NCBI GenBank assembly: GCA_963976765.1
Contig: CAXBME010000014.1
Location: forward strand, 124,001-188,000
DNA length: 64,000 nucleotides
DNA from: an uncultured Planctomycetaceae bacterium
GTDB taxonomy: Bacteria; Planctomycetota; Planctomycetia; Planctomycetales; Planctomycetaceae
Reading direction: 5' to 3'
Shown: positions 19,960 to 30,600 of the stretch, piece after piece
Layout of the letters: each line of letters begins with the position of its first letter
Numbering within the stretch: the stretch's first letter is position 1
The notes under the pieces: generated by a model
Told to the model about the DNA's origin: nothing
Database searches by the model: none
The model's input: the letters and a program-made list of their open reading frames with translations, nothing else
Made by a program: the position numbers and the translations under genes

Positions 19960-20060
19960 TTCACATCTCCTGAATCAAAAGTGTAGTACTCGGGCTGCGA
20001 CGCAACCCTCATGAACATTGCGCCGCTGCCAACATGGAAGCAGTCGCGAAGGTGGGATCC
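19960..20060 (-). repeat. Conserved 5' leader, copy A (before pilin 4)
   Basis: GGATCCCACCTTCGCGACTGCTTCCATG...GCGGCGCAA...TTGCGTCGCAGCC shared with copy B. Confidence 0.85.
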
Positions 20061-20072
20061 CACAAGGACTTT

Positions 20073-20090
20073 AAGCAGCTCATGTGCCGA
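20073..20090 (-). promoter_or_regulatory. Candidate sigma54 (-24/-12) promoter of the pilin array
   Basis: Minus strand TCGGCACATGAGCTGCTT: GGCAC with exact GG-N10-GC spacing; predicted +1 near 20063. Confidence 0.55.
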
Positions 20091-20453
20091 TTCGCGAAAT
20101 TCAACTGAATTCTCCTGATGTGATCGATTTCGCGTACAATATTGACGTGATTCGCCACGAGTTTTTTGATTGCTGAAGTACCACTTAACGTGAAGCGAGA
20201 TCCAGGGGTGTCTACCTGAGTGAGCAGTTGGCGCCGCGTGCGCATCCCCGCGAAGTCATGGCAACAGATCGAGTTCCACCGAGATCGCAATTCTTAATTG
20301 CCTGTGCGTCTCTCTCGTGTCCACGTAAAAATGGCATGAGCACATTGTTTGAGGTCGCGATGTCATTAACCAGCAGGTGACCACTTGATTTCTTCGTAAC
20401 CGTTGTCGATTGATGGCAGCTTTTCACATTCTATTTTGCACGAGCTTCTGGCT

Positions 20454-22646
20454 TCACGAAGACGTCGCCAACGATGCGCCATCCGCTGTTCCAGCAATTG
20501 CGGAGGATTCTGGAGATAGCTCACCCGTCGACACGCCCGAGTCTCGATTTCGGGCTAGTCTTGCAACAAAGTAGAACGCGGCAGCGAGAACCAACAGGTT
20601 TCGGAACCCGGTCATCATGCTGAAATACTCGACCAGGCCCCCCGCCATTGCGCCGAGGAGATTAGAGGCCATGGCGCGATCTGCATCGCCTGCTCGGTTC
20701 AGACTGACGGCGAAGATCACGCCTCCACAGAACAGCGGAACAGAAACGAGGCAGATACTCGTCACTACTCTGCCGAGGGACGACAGAGACGTAAATTCAG
20801 CGACCGGGACAAAGAAGCTCACGATCAACATGACCGCCAGTGATGGGAACGCAATTCGAGAAAGCTTCTCCTGCCTGGACTCGCCAGCTTTCGCAACAAG
20901 CACGGTTGAGAGCAAGGCCATTACAAGAACGCCGGCAAATACCGCCGCATTGACACTCCACGTCGATCCCAGATTCACAGCCAGCACGCCAAGTCCGCGA
21001 GTTTCAAGCAGCATGAATGCAGCACCGAGTGCAAAGAAATGCGAATTGAAACCGTTGCCGCCGCGGCGTCCGGCAAGCCGAACCCCAACCGTTGATGCCA
21101 CGGCGATCAAAGCCATGACAATCAAGTAGTCCTTCGGCACGGATGGTGCCCGCAAATACACGAACGGCCAGTCATCACGAAGCGTCAAAGTGTCAGCTGG
21201 CACTGGATCACCAGCACGGATTGAATCTCCAGCAACATACGAAATGCCGATCGCCTGAGGCATCGTCAGCATCACTGGCGGCTTGCCGAAGGCTGCAGCG
21301 AGAGTCGCACGCATCCGATCCTGGAACCAGTCGGTTCCGACTGCATGACTGACGACAAGGAGCCCGCCGGGCTTCAAGTGTCCCCGAGCCAGGCGAAACG
21401 CTTCCTCGGTGAAGACAAAGGAATCGAGTCTGACATTACTTCGATGGCTTAACAGCACGTGCGAGTCGATCAGGCCAAACACGACCATGTCGTACTTCTT
21501 CTGCGCTCCGGCAAGGAAGATTCTGGCATCGTTGAGGTGGACCGTGACACGGGGATCCTGGTAAGGATGTTCCGGGTGTTGATTTCCGAGAGCACGAATT
21601 TCCGGATCGATCTCGACAGCATCCACTCGCGTCGCGCCATTTCTTAATGCTCCGGCCACGTCATTGCCGGCACCAGCTCCCAGCACCAGCACTTCACCAA
21701 CGTTTTGTGATAACTTGAACGGCAGATCGTATTGCTGTCTGAGTAGACCGAGACCGGGATTCTTCGCCAGTGCAGAGTCACTTAAATCAACCGGCGTCTG
21801 ATATGAATCATCATTGACTCGGATCGTGAACCCTTCCTCGACCGTCAATTCTTTCAGCTCGCCGCGTTCCTGCTCGGTCAGTGTCGGTAACCACCATTCC
21901 TGAACGACGCCCTTTTCGTCATGAACGCGCAGCGGGCCGACTGTGATTTTCTGGTACGGCGACCAGATGGCGTCGGTCGTACTTTGCCAGGCAGTGAATG
22001 CGGCAAAACATCCGAATACCGCACCGGCAGCAATCCAGGATCGAGGAGCCTGTCGCAGTCCAACAAATGTGAAGCCGGCGGCAATCAGCATCCAGACCCA
22101 CGGGGCCGGCGAGAAGCTCGACAGTGCTGAGAAAACGCCGATCCCTATCAGACTGCCAATCAGATTCAGGCCATAGCGCCAGAGTGGACGATCGCCCTGT
22201 AGAGTTCGCCCCACAACATGTCCGAGAGGCATAAAGCTGATCGCCAGAATCAGAAAACTGATTGTTAGAAATGGATACAACGGAATCTGCACACCGCGCG
22301 AACGGTATTCAAGAAACAGAAACTCGTCGGCACTTGGCAATACCTGGTAGATCTGCCCAAGTGCCGTCACTCCGACAACTCCGTAGAAAGCCAGAGGTGC
22401 TGACCAGGACAACCAGATGCTGGAAGCCCAGCGTCGATGAACCATCATTCCCAGGCCGAACCCAAGAAACGCTGCCAGCAACACAAAATTTGTGAAGTAC
22501 CCCAGCACTCGAACCTGGCCGGGAACATACCGAATCACCGTCAATTCCACGAAGAGCGTGGCGGCGCCGGCCAGTGCAATCCAGAGCGCCGGAGTGTCCG
22601 TCGTAGAATTTGAATCGCGACTGACCTTTGTCTGTTCATTTACCAT
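20454..22646 (-). CDS. Polytopic membrane protein with central class I SAM-dependent (spermidine-synthase-like) domain
   Basis: TM bundles at both ends; WSPYQKI, VLVLGAGAGNDV, VDAVEIDP, NDARIFL, DDWPFVYL, LGAAFMLLET, SNLLGAMAGGLVEY. Start at 22646 overlaps the upstream stop codon. Confidence 0.85.
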   Translation of the reverse strand: MVNEQTKVSRDSNSTTDTPALWIALAGAATLFVELTVIRYVPGQVRVLGYFTNFVLLAAFLGFGLGMMVHRRWASSIWLSWSAPLAFYGVVGVTALGQIYQVLPSADEFLFLEYRSRGVQIPLYPFLTISFLILAISFMPLGHVVGRTLQGDRPLWRYGLNLIGSLIGIGVFSALSSFSPAPWVWMLIAAGFTFVGLRQAPRSWIAAGAVFGCFAAFTAWQSTTDAIWSPYQKITVGPLRVHDEKGVVQEWWLPTLTEQERGELKELTVEEGFTIRVNDDSYQTPVDLSDSALAKNPGLGLLRQQYDLPFKLSQNVGEVLVLGAGAGNDVAGALRNGATRVDAVEIDPEIRALGNQHPEHPYQDPRVTVHLNDARIFLAGAQKKYDMVVFGLIDSHVLLSHRSNVRLDSFVFTEEAFRLARGHLKPGGLLVVSHAVGTDWFQDRMRATLAAAFGKPPVMLTMPQAIGISYVAGDSIRAGDPVPADTLTLRDDWPFVYLRAPSVPKDYLIVMALIAVASTVGVRLAGRRGGNGFNSHFFALGAAFMLLETRGLGVLAVNLGSTWSVNAAVFAGVLVMALLSTVLVAKAGESRQEKLSRIAFPSLAVMLIVSFFVPVAEFTSLSSLGRVVTSICLVSVPLFCGGVIFAVSLNRAGDADRAMASNLLGAMAGGLVEYFSMMTGFRNLLVLAAAFYFVARLARNRDSGVSTGELSPESSAIAGTADGASLATSS

Positions 22647-24246
22647 TAGTTGTGATCTTTCTTGAGGCCACCAGTCCTTGTGAATCTTCGTAGTCGATGA
22701 TCCAGTCATCGCTCTTGCGCACGTATTGGGACAGCTCGATCTGTAGTGATGTGTCCACCACAATTGTTTGCACGTTGTAATCGTCGAGTCGCTGCTTAAT
22801 TCCGGGGTGCCCCCAGCAAATTGCGCGATGATTCTCGTAGTGGACTGACGGCACGAGATGCAGAGAATTCGTGGTCATCATCAGCTTCATCTGACGCGGC
22901 CCCGCCCAGGCCAGCCAGTCTCCCCACCATTGTGGATTTGCGACTCGCCCCTGAGGCGCGGCCTTTCGCAGGTACATGGTGATCCCCAGCGGCGTATCGT
23001 CTTTGAACAGCTTTTCCGGCGGACGCGGTCGCCCCCCGAGGACAGGCTGACTGATCGGTGTGAAACTGAAGGCCAGCCAGACGAGCAACACCAGCAAAGC
23101 AGCCTGCACTCGCGACTTACCATTCAAAACCGCATGGAGCCGCTGAAGCCACGGCTTATTATCAACACGTGACATCAGGTCGCGCAATACTGGTAACAAC
23201 GACAGCACCGCAATTGGCGCGTACCAGGTAACCATCCTTGTCCGAAGACAGACAGCGACGGTGAAAACCAGGATGAGCAACCACTCTGCCGTTGCCGGTC
23301 GCCGGTTGCGCAAAGGCAGCGTCACGAGAAAGACGACTGAAACAACAAAGACGGCCACGCTCGTCGCACCGAATAATTCGGGCGGCAACCATTCGCTGAT
23401 TGACGCCATATTGGGGTGCGACCCGAATGCCAGAACGTGAAGCGGAAGTTGATACCCGTACGGATTTACAAGAGTTGCGACAGTCGCGATAGCCAGCAGT
23501 GTCAACAACTCGCGAAAGACTGGAGCATTTTTCAATTGAACGATCGACCGGTTCTGTCGCACACAATCAAACAGCTCACCAGCCACGAGAATCGCGATCA
23601 CCACAATCCCGACGGCAAAAGAGCCATGCAGATTTACCCATAAGGAAAACAGCAGCCCCACCGTACAACGAATCCACCATTTTCGTTCAGGAGACACAAT
23701 GGCGGTAACAGGTGACGGTTTCTGACGGGAATAACCGAGCAGGCGTGCCGCTGAAAGCAGTGCCAAAAGAGCTGCCAGTAAAAAATATCCGAGGAGCTCT
23801 GGACGAATCACAAGATGGCGATCCCACCCGGCCAGCCACGCGAGAATACTGCCGAAAACGGCCAGGCCCAGGCGTCTGGTCTGAAGGTAAAACAGGAGCG
23901 TCAGCATCAGGTAAGTAGACACTGAAACGACCGCAAACGCGCACGACAGTCGCTCAGGGCCACCGCTACGTTCTAACGCGCCGAACAGCAATTGAGAGAG
24001 CCACGCTGTTGCAACCAGCGGAGTTGCCTGAGCAAGGTCGACGAACGGATCCACATCAGGCAATCGCCCGTGGTCGATCATCCACTGGCCGTACGCAACA
24101 TGCCCCCAGATGTCGGTATGCCACAGCGGGATGTAGCTGAAATAGACGAAAAACAACGCAAACCAACCGGTACAGAGCACGTACGACCACGGAACTTCTC
24201 CGTGGGATGCTGACAGTTCGGCGGTGGCGAGTTTTTCCTGCGACAT
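22636..24246 (-). CDS. Polytopic membrane protein, GT-C-fold glycosyltransferase-like
   Basis: First loop PLWHTDIWGHVAYGQW, IRPE, LWVNLHGSF, TLVNPYG, ISEWLP; many TM helices and a soluble C-terminal domain (WGDWLAW). Confidence 0.65.
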   Translation of the reverse strand: MSQEKLATAELSASHGEVPWSYVLCTGWFALFFVYFSYIPLWHTDIWGHVAYGQWMIDHGRLPDVDPFVDLAQATPLVATAWLSQLLFGALERSGGPERLSCAFAVVSVSTYLMLTLLFYLQTRRLGLAVFGSILAWLAGWDRHLVIRPELLGYFLLAALLALLSAARLLGYSRQKPSPVTAIVSPERKWWIRCTVGLLFSLWVNLHGSFAVGIVVIAILVAGELFDCVRQNRSIVQLKNAPVFRELLTLLAIATVATLVNPYGYQLPLHVLAFGSHPNMASISEWLPPELFGATSVAVFVVSVVFLVTLPLRNRRPATAEWLLILVFTVAVCLRTRMVTWYAPIAVLSLLPVLRDLMSRVDNKPWLQRLHAVLNGKSRVQAALLVLLVWLAFSFTPISQPVLGGRPRPPEKLFKDDTPLGITMYLRKAAPQGRVANPQWWGDWLAWAGPRQMKLMMTTNSLHLVPSVHYENHRAICWGHPGIKQRLDDYNVQTIVVDTSLQIELSQYVRKSDDWIIDYEDSQGLVASRKITTNGK

Positions 24247-24591
24247 GACTTCGACAGACCCTGGACAGCATCGGGAAGCAAATAGATCCTGAGACTTTAT
24301 CCGTGCTCCCAGGCCGACGGGTGCAGCCAGTCAATCGATTCATCAATTGCGAACGAGATTCTTCCCCGCTCCACCAGAGGTGGCGGGAAAGTCAATCAAT
24401 TCCTCATTGTCAGGTGGGGCAGTCAGCCTGTTGGAGCACGCAAAGCATCTGATCCACTCCCGTGTGTCGCAGCCGGAAGCAGCATGATTTTTGCGACGCG
24501 GACGGCACGGCGAAACATGCCTGTTACCTGATGATCAGCCGCTGAATCGGCACTTCAGGAATTCACACTGACAGGGCAGCAAGAGACAAAC

Positions 24592-24639
24592 ACACATCAT
24601 CAGGCACCTTCAGAGCTTCTGAAGGCGCCCGCGATGTGT
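24592..24639 (-). terminator. Hairpin/terminator after the giant gene
   Basis: Minus strand ACACATC..GGCGCCTTCAG-aagct-CTGAAGGTGCC..GATGTGT followed by GTTTGTCTCTT. Confidence 0.6.
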
Positions 24640-24680
24640 CTTCCATTACTCACTGTTGACAACAGACTTCAAAATCGCCG

Positions 24681-27600
24681 TTAGACCAGATCGATCCATT
24701 CGGCAAAGAGGTTGAAGTCGATGTCGACAACCGGCGTTGGAGCCGGATCGTTCTCGGTGTCGTTTTCAGGAACGGCTGGTGAATCGTCCGTAACCGCAAT
24801 GAAGGTATCGCTACCGCTGGCGAGTTCCGGAACATCTTCCTGCGGATTCCGCAGGAGTTCATCCCGAAGCCCGGAAGCACCGAACAGGCTGTCAACAGTG
24901 TCCTGACCGAAGATGAAGTTGTTTCCAGCTCCACCATCGACAGCATCCTGTCCCTGCCCACCGTTGAGCGAATCGTCGCCATCCTCTCCAGCCAGTGTGT
25001 CGTGACCCGAGTTCCCCATCAGCTCATCGTTACCGATACCACCTGCCAGCAGGTCGTTCTGCGATCCGCCGCGAAGCTGGTCCTGACCATCTCCACCGCT
25101 CAGAGCATCACGACCGGCTCCGCCGTTGAGCACGTCGTCACCGTCATGTCCAATCAGCGTGTCGTTGCCGCCCTGACCAGACAGGGAATCGTTGCCGGCT
25201 CCACCGGTCAGAACGTCGTGCCCTGATCCGCCGTGGATGTTGTCGTCACCGTCGTTACCGACGAGGGTGTCGTCACCAGTGTTGCCCTGGATCACGTCGT
25301 TGCCGATGCCACCGTTGACTCGGTCATTGCCCGAGCCGCCGAACAGCATGTCATCCCCTGCCCCACCGTCAATCGAATCATCGCCCATACCGCCGTAGAC
25401 AGTGTCATCACCATCAGAACCGCTCAGCGTGATCGTTGTTCGCTGGCCACTTCGGACTTCGATGCGGTCGTTGCCGCTGCCGCCGTCGATCGCGACTGAA
25501 CCAGTCAGCAGTTGTGGTACGCCATCCAGGACGATTTCGTCATCGTCGCCGTAGCCGTGAACGAAGATCGCAGCCAGGTCCAGGTCACCGGATTGATCGA
25601 GGTCGATCCGGAAGTTATCGACGCCGTCGGTACCATTGATGGTCAGCGTCTGCGCTGCCGCGACGTTGATGCGTTCCAGAATTGTCTGGTTGGACTGAAT
25701 CACCAGATAGCCGTCAAACAGACTGACATCAACGTGCCCGTCAGTGGCAGGCAGGTCGACAACCACGTCGCCGGATGCCGTTGATGTCGTGGCATTGACG
25801 GACTCGGGCAGTCGTCGAACTCCGGTTGGCAAAGTATTGGCCATCAGATCCGTCGGGTTCGAGACGGGGTCCAGATCTGGCTTGTCCAGAACATGCCCCA
25901 GTTCGTGCAGGACGACGGTCAACAGGTCGATATCGCCAACGGCGTGACTGTTCCCACCGGCGTTTCGTTGAGTCAACGAAGCCAGCGTGTTGAATTCGCT
26001 GTTGTCGTTCGGCGTTGGGTCAACGAACCATCCATGACCAGCAGCATTAAAGTCCAGAGACAGAACTCCGCCGGACAACTGCCCGACCTGCGTTAACGAC
26101 AGGTCAGTGATGACTGGATAAACCAGTCGCAGCTGAGCCATTTGCTCGGCAGTTGCCTGCCCACTCGCTTCCCAGATATTCAAAGCGGCATCGAAGATGG
26201 CCGGCAGGTTTTCCTGCATGAGATCTGGTTCGACTGGCAGAGCCGGTCCAATGTCTTCCGCATCCAGCGTACCCGGCGCCGAGAACCGAACCGCATCCGC
26301 GATTGCAATGCGTCCTTGCGAATTAACCAGCTGCACTGTGACCGTACCGCTGCCAAAGGCGAATTCTCCGAGTTCGAGCCAGGTGGCACCACTAGCCATG
26401 AAGCTGGTCCCAGGCACGAAGTTGGTCGGAGTTCCAACACTAACCTCAGAAATGCTCGGATCGACATGCTGGTCGACAAAGACTGTACCGAGCAGCGTGC
26501 CGGCAGTTGTACCGTCGTAGATGCGGTACTCGGCCTGCGTCTGGGCGAACGCCTGTGCAAACCACGTCGTAGACACTCGCGAGGTTCCGGCAGCGATTCC
26601 CGCCGTCCACGTTGCAGTCTCGCCACCGGCGACTCCGCTCGTCACCTGACCGGCCATAAAGCCGACAGGTCGGTCAGCTCCCCACGGTTTATTGGCTGAA
26701 TTGACTGACGAGAAGTTCTCGCTGGTATTATCGACGATCAGCGCAGTCGCTCCGCCGTCGAACGCGATTGCCACGCTGGCTGTTCCCGTCACATTGACTT
26801 CGAACGGCGTCTCGTCAGCATCGTTACTGGTGAACGACATTACTCCGACAAATGTATTCGCCGTTACGGCGTCGAGCTGCAAATCGAACGAGACTGAATT
26901 TCCGGCAGTGACCGTCGTCGCGGTGGCTCCGTCGAACAGGGTTGGTGCTGATGGATTCACCAGCGAATAGCCAGCCGGCAGTGTCAGCGTTGTGCCGAGA
27001 ATAAGATCCTGGGACCCATCGTTGGTGATCGTAAATGTCGTCTGTGTCGGTGTGCCTACATCGGCTGTCCCGACATCAAACGTTCCTCCATCCACAACGT
27101 TCGTGGTCCCCTGAGTGACCCGGACTTCCGGACGATCAAGCAGCTCCAGGCGAACGGCGTCAGCGACAAGGTTTCCGGCACCGACAGCTGACAGAGTGAC
27201 GGTCAGCGTCGTTCCGGACTGCACGAAGACATCGCCAATGTTGGCGAACGTTTCGTCACGATCCACGACCGTTCCGAAGATCGCGTTGAGCGCGTCTTCC
27301 GGAGCCAGATTCTGGTTGAAGGTCGCCGACCCTGTCGCACCACCTGACAAGGTGTAAGTCGCATTGGCAACCGTCGTCCCCGCGATTCCGGCAGGCCACG
27401 CGGCAGAGACCTGATACCGACCGTTGTTCTGCAGATTACTAAAGACCCATGTTGCAGTGTCTGTGGCAACGTTTGTGGTCTGCACATCGCCGTCAAAGCC
27501 AGGCGACGATGAATTCCAGCCGGTTCCAATCGGCGTAAAGCCTGCATCACCATCGTCGATGATCAGCGTGTCGGAAACCGTCCCGGTGACGATGATGTCA

Positions 27601-30600
27601 AACGGGTCTTCATCACTGTCGTTGTTGCCGATTGAAATGACGCCGGCAAACGTTCCGGCCGCAGCCGTACTGAGAACGATGTCGAAGGTGGCAGTCTGAC
27701 CGGCTGCCAGCGACGTGCTGCTGAAGGCCGTCACTGTGTACCCGGCTGCCGGCAGGACGACATTCCCCAGCTCCAGCGGCGCGACTCCCTGATTGGTAAT
27801 CGTCACGTTGATCGTGCCCGCAGCAGCGTCTGCTCCCTGAGCAATTTCGCCGAAGTCAATACGACCACCATCGGCGACTGCCGCTCCACCGACCGTCAGG
27901 GAGACTCCGATTTCAGCAGTCGTCACTGGTTCAACACGAATCGCGTCGGCCAGCACCAGGCCATTGGCATCAGTTAAACGGACAGTCAACTCAGTACCCG
28001 TGATCGTGATCGGATCGCCGAGGTATTCCCAGAACGCTCCATCATCGGCAAAGTCGTCAGGATTCTGCGACTGGTCGATCAACACCGTGGCCAGTGTGGC
28101 AGCAGCTGCTGTCGCTCCATCGTGGATGGTGAACGGTGCATTCGAGACGGCGGAATGTCCGCGAGTGGCCCATGTGGCCGCCACGCGGTACACGCCAGGA
28201 GTCAGACCGCTGATTGTCCAGTCTGCGGTATCGAGTGCTCCGCCCGGAGTAGTCGGAATATCGACGTCCGAACCGAAAGCGGCAGCTTCCGTTCCTGTCT
28301 GGAAACCGGAATCGACGTAACCGGCATCGCCGTTGTCGACGATGGTGACGTTGGTCACCGCGCCGGACACGCTGAATCGGAAGTCGCTCTGATTCGAATC
28401 GTCAGAAGTCAGCACGACGTCACCGAAGAAGTCACCGACCGTGTCGGCAACCATCACGACGTCAAAGTTTGCTGATCCACCACCAGCGATCGTGGTCGTC
28501 GTGAAGGTCGAAGTGAAGCCGTTCGGCAATCGAATTCCTGTCAGGTTCAGATTCGCATTTCCGTTGTTGGAAACCGTAATCGTCCTCGTGACCGGATTTG
28601 TCGGAGCGACAGTGCCAAAGTCGACCGTCGACGTACCGCTGGTCAGAGGCGTGACTCCCTGAGCCACCGCAATTTCTGACATCGACAGTGCGTCGAGTCG
28701 GATCGCATCAACGACAACAATACCGTTAGCGATGTCGTTGATCTGAACGACCAGAGTCGTTTCGCCAGCTGGCAGGGTGAATGGTCCCATCAGCTCTTCG
28801 AAACCGAACCCGCCAGTGGTGAAATCATCCGGTGCAATTCTCTGGTTGAGCTGCACGGTGCCAAGCAATGTTCCGGCGGTACTTCCAGCAAATACCGAGA
28901 ACGTCGTGTTCGAAGCTTCAAACGCTCCCAGCACCGGCCATGTTGCTGACAGCCGATAAAGGCCACCAGGTGTCAGCCCGGTAAACGTGTAGTTCGCTTC
29001 ATCCGTCGGGCTGCCGGCATAGAGTGAGGCAAAGGCACCACCTGCCGGTGTCGTTGGACTTGAGGCATCTCCGCCGAATCCAACTCCTGGCCGCACATTC
29101 GCTGGTGAGAAGCTACCGTTCGGTACAGTAAATCCGGCGTCATTATCATCAATGATCGTGGCTCCAGCACCAGCGGCAAGAACGTCACCAAAGACATTGA
29201 TCTCGAAGAGTTGCTCGTCGAAGTCGTCCGCGTTGAATTCGATCGTGCCTGAGAACCGCCCGCCTGTTGTGCCGTCGAGCTGAACCTGGAAGACCGACGA
29301 CCCGCCAGGAGCGATCTCCGTACTCGTGAACGATGTGGTCAGCGAGAAGCCAGGAATTGCGGCAACTGATGCCGCCAGTGAAGCTGGATCGACAAACATG
29401 TTTCGTGCGCCAAGGTTCTGCACGATAAATGTCTGCACGATCGGCGTCCCCGCTGTGGTCACACCAAAGTTCACCGTGGAGGTGCCATCGATCAGGTTCG
29501 CTCCGCCGTTCGTCACGGTGATTTCCGGATCGGTAATTCGCTCAATGCGAACCGAATCCGCATTCACGTAGTTGCCATTGGCGAACAGGTCTGACAGCTC
29601 TACGACCAGTGTGTTGGTCGTCACCGTGATCGGCGTCCCCAGATCTTCCCAGAACGTGTCTGAATCCAGGAAGCCGTCCGGACGAGTCTGCTGATTCGCC
29701 GACACGGACTGCAGCGACGTGCCACCGGCGGTTTCGTAAAGGTTGAAAGCAGCTGCTGTAGTTGCCAGAGCGTTGCCCGGCCACGTTGCCGATACTTGGT
29801 AAATTCCAGGAGTCACGTTGAATGTCCAGCGGGCCAGATCCGTGCCTGTCCCCTGCGTCTTGACCAGGTAATCGCCCCCGGACGACTGCCCCGTGTTCGA
29901 GAAGAGGTTCCAGACACCATCCGGCACCAGCACAGTGGCCGTCTGGATCGTTCCGTTTGGTACTGAGAATCCTGCGTCTGAATTGTCAACGAACTGCGGC
30001 GAGCCTGAGCCAGTCACAATAAAGTCAAACGGATTGCTGGTCGGAACGTCCGTTGTGATCGAAACGCGACCGGTCGCGGCACCGGATACACCTGAATCGA
30101 ACTGCAGCACGAAGCTGGTTGAATCGCCCGGCATCAGAACGACCGCCGTCGCATCGGTCCCGAACACAGAACTCTGCGAGAGACTGAAGCCTGGAGGAGG
30201 CGTGATCGGACCAGTCAACGTGATATTGTTGCCAGCAGCCGAGGTATTCGTCAGCGTGAACGTTTTCGTAACAGGTGCGGCAGTCAGAGGAGCACCAAAC
30301 GAAACAGTCGTCGTGTCATCCACGACGTTCGTGGCGCCGCCATCAGTCGTCACTGTCAGAATCTGATCCGGCAGACGTTCAATCCGGATTGCGTCCGCGA
30401 TGACGGCCCCCGTGTTGCTGTTGTTGTTCAATTGAACGGTCAGAGTCGTCCCCGTCACGGCAATCGACGTGGCGATATCTTCGAACAATCCGCCGTCTGC
30501 TGACAGGTCGTCCGGAGTGCTCTTCTGATTCAGCAGTATGTCCGCAAGAGTTGCAGCACCAACGGCTCCGTCAAAGACACGGTACCTGGCTTCTGATGAC

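Noticed and set aside
19340..20035. Leader peptide (uORF) in the pilin leaders
   Set aside because: A 1-nt indel changes frame and length between the two copies (MLAAAQCS* versus MSAAAQCHEGCVAA*).
18850..20060. CRISPR array or DGR template/variable repeat pair
   Set aside because: The repeats are whole gene cassettes; differences are mostly synonymous and not adenine-specific; no cas or reverse transcriptase gene is in the window.
20454..22646. Calling this gene speE (spermidine synthase)
   Set aside because: It lacks the GGGDG signature and is embedded in large membrane domains.
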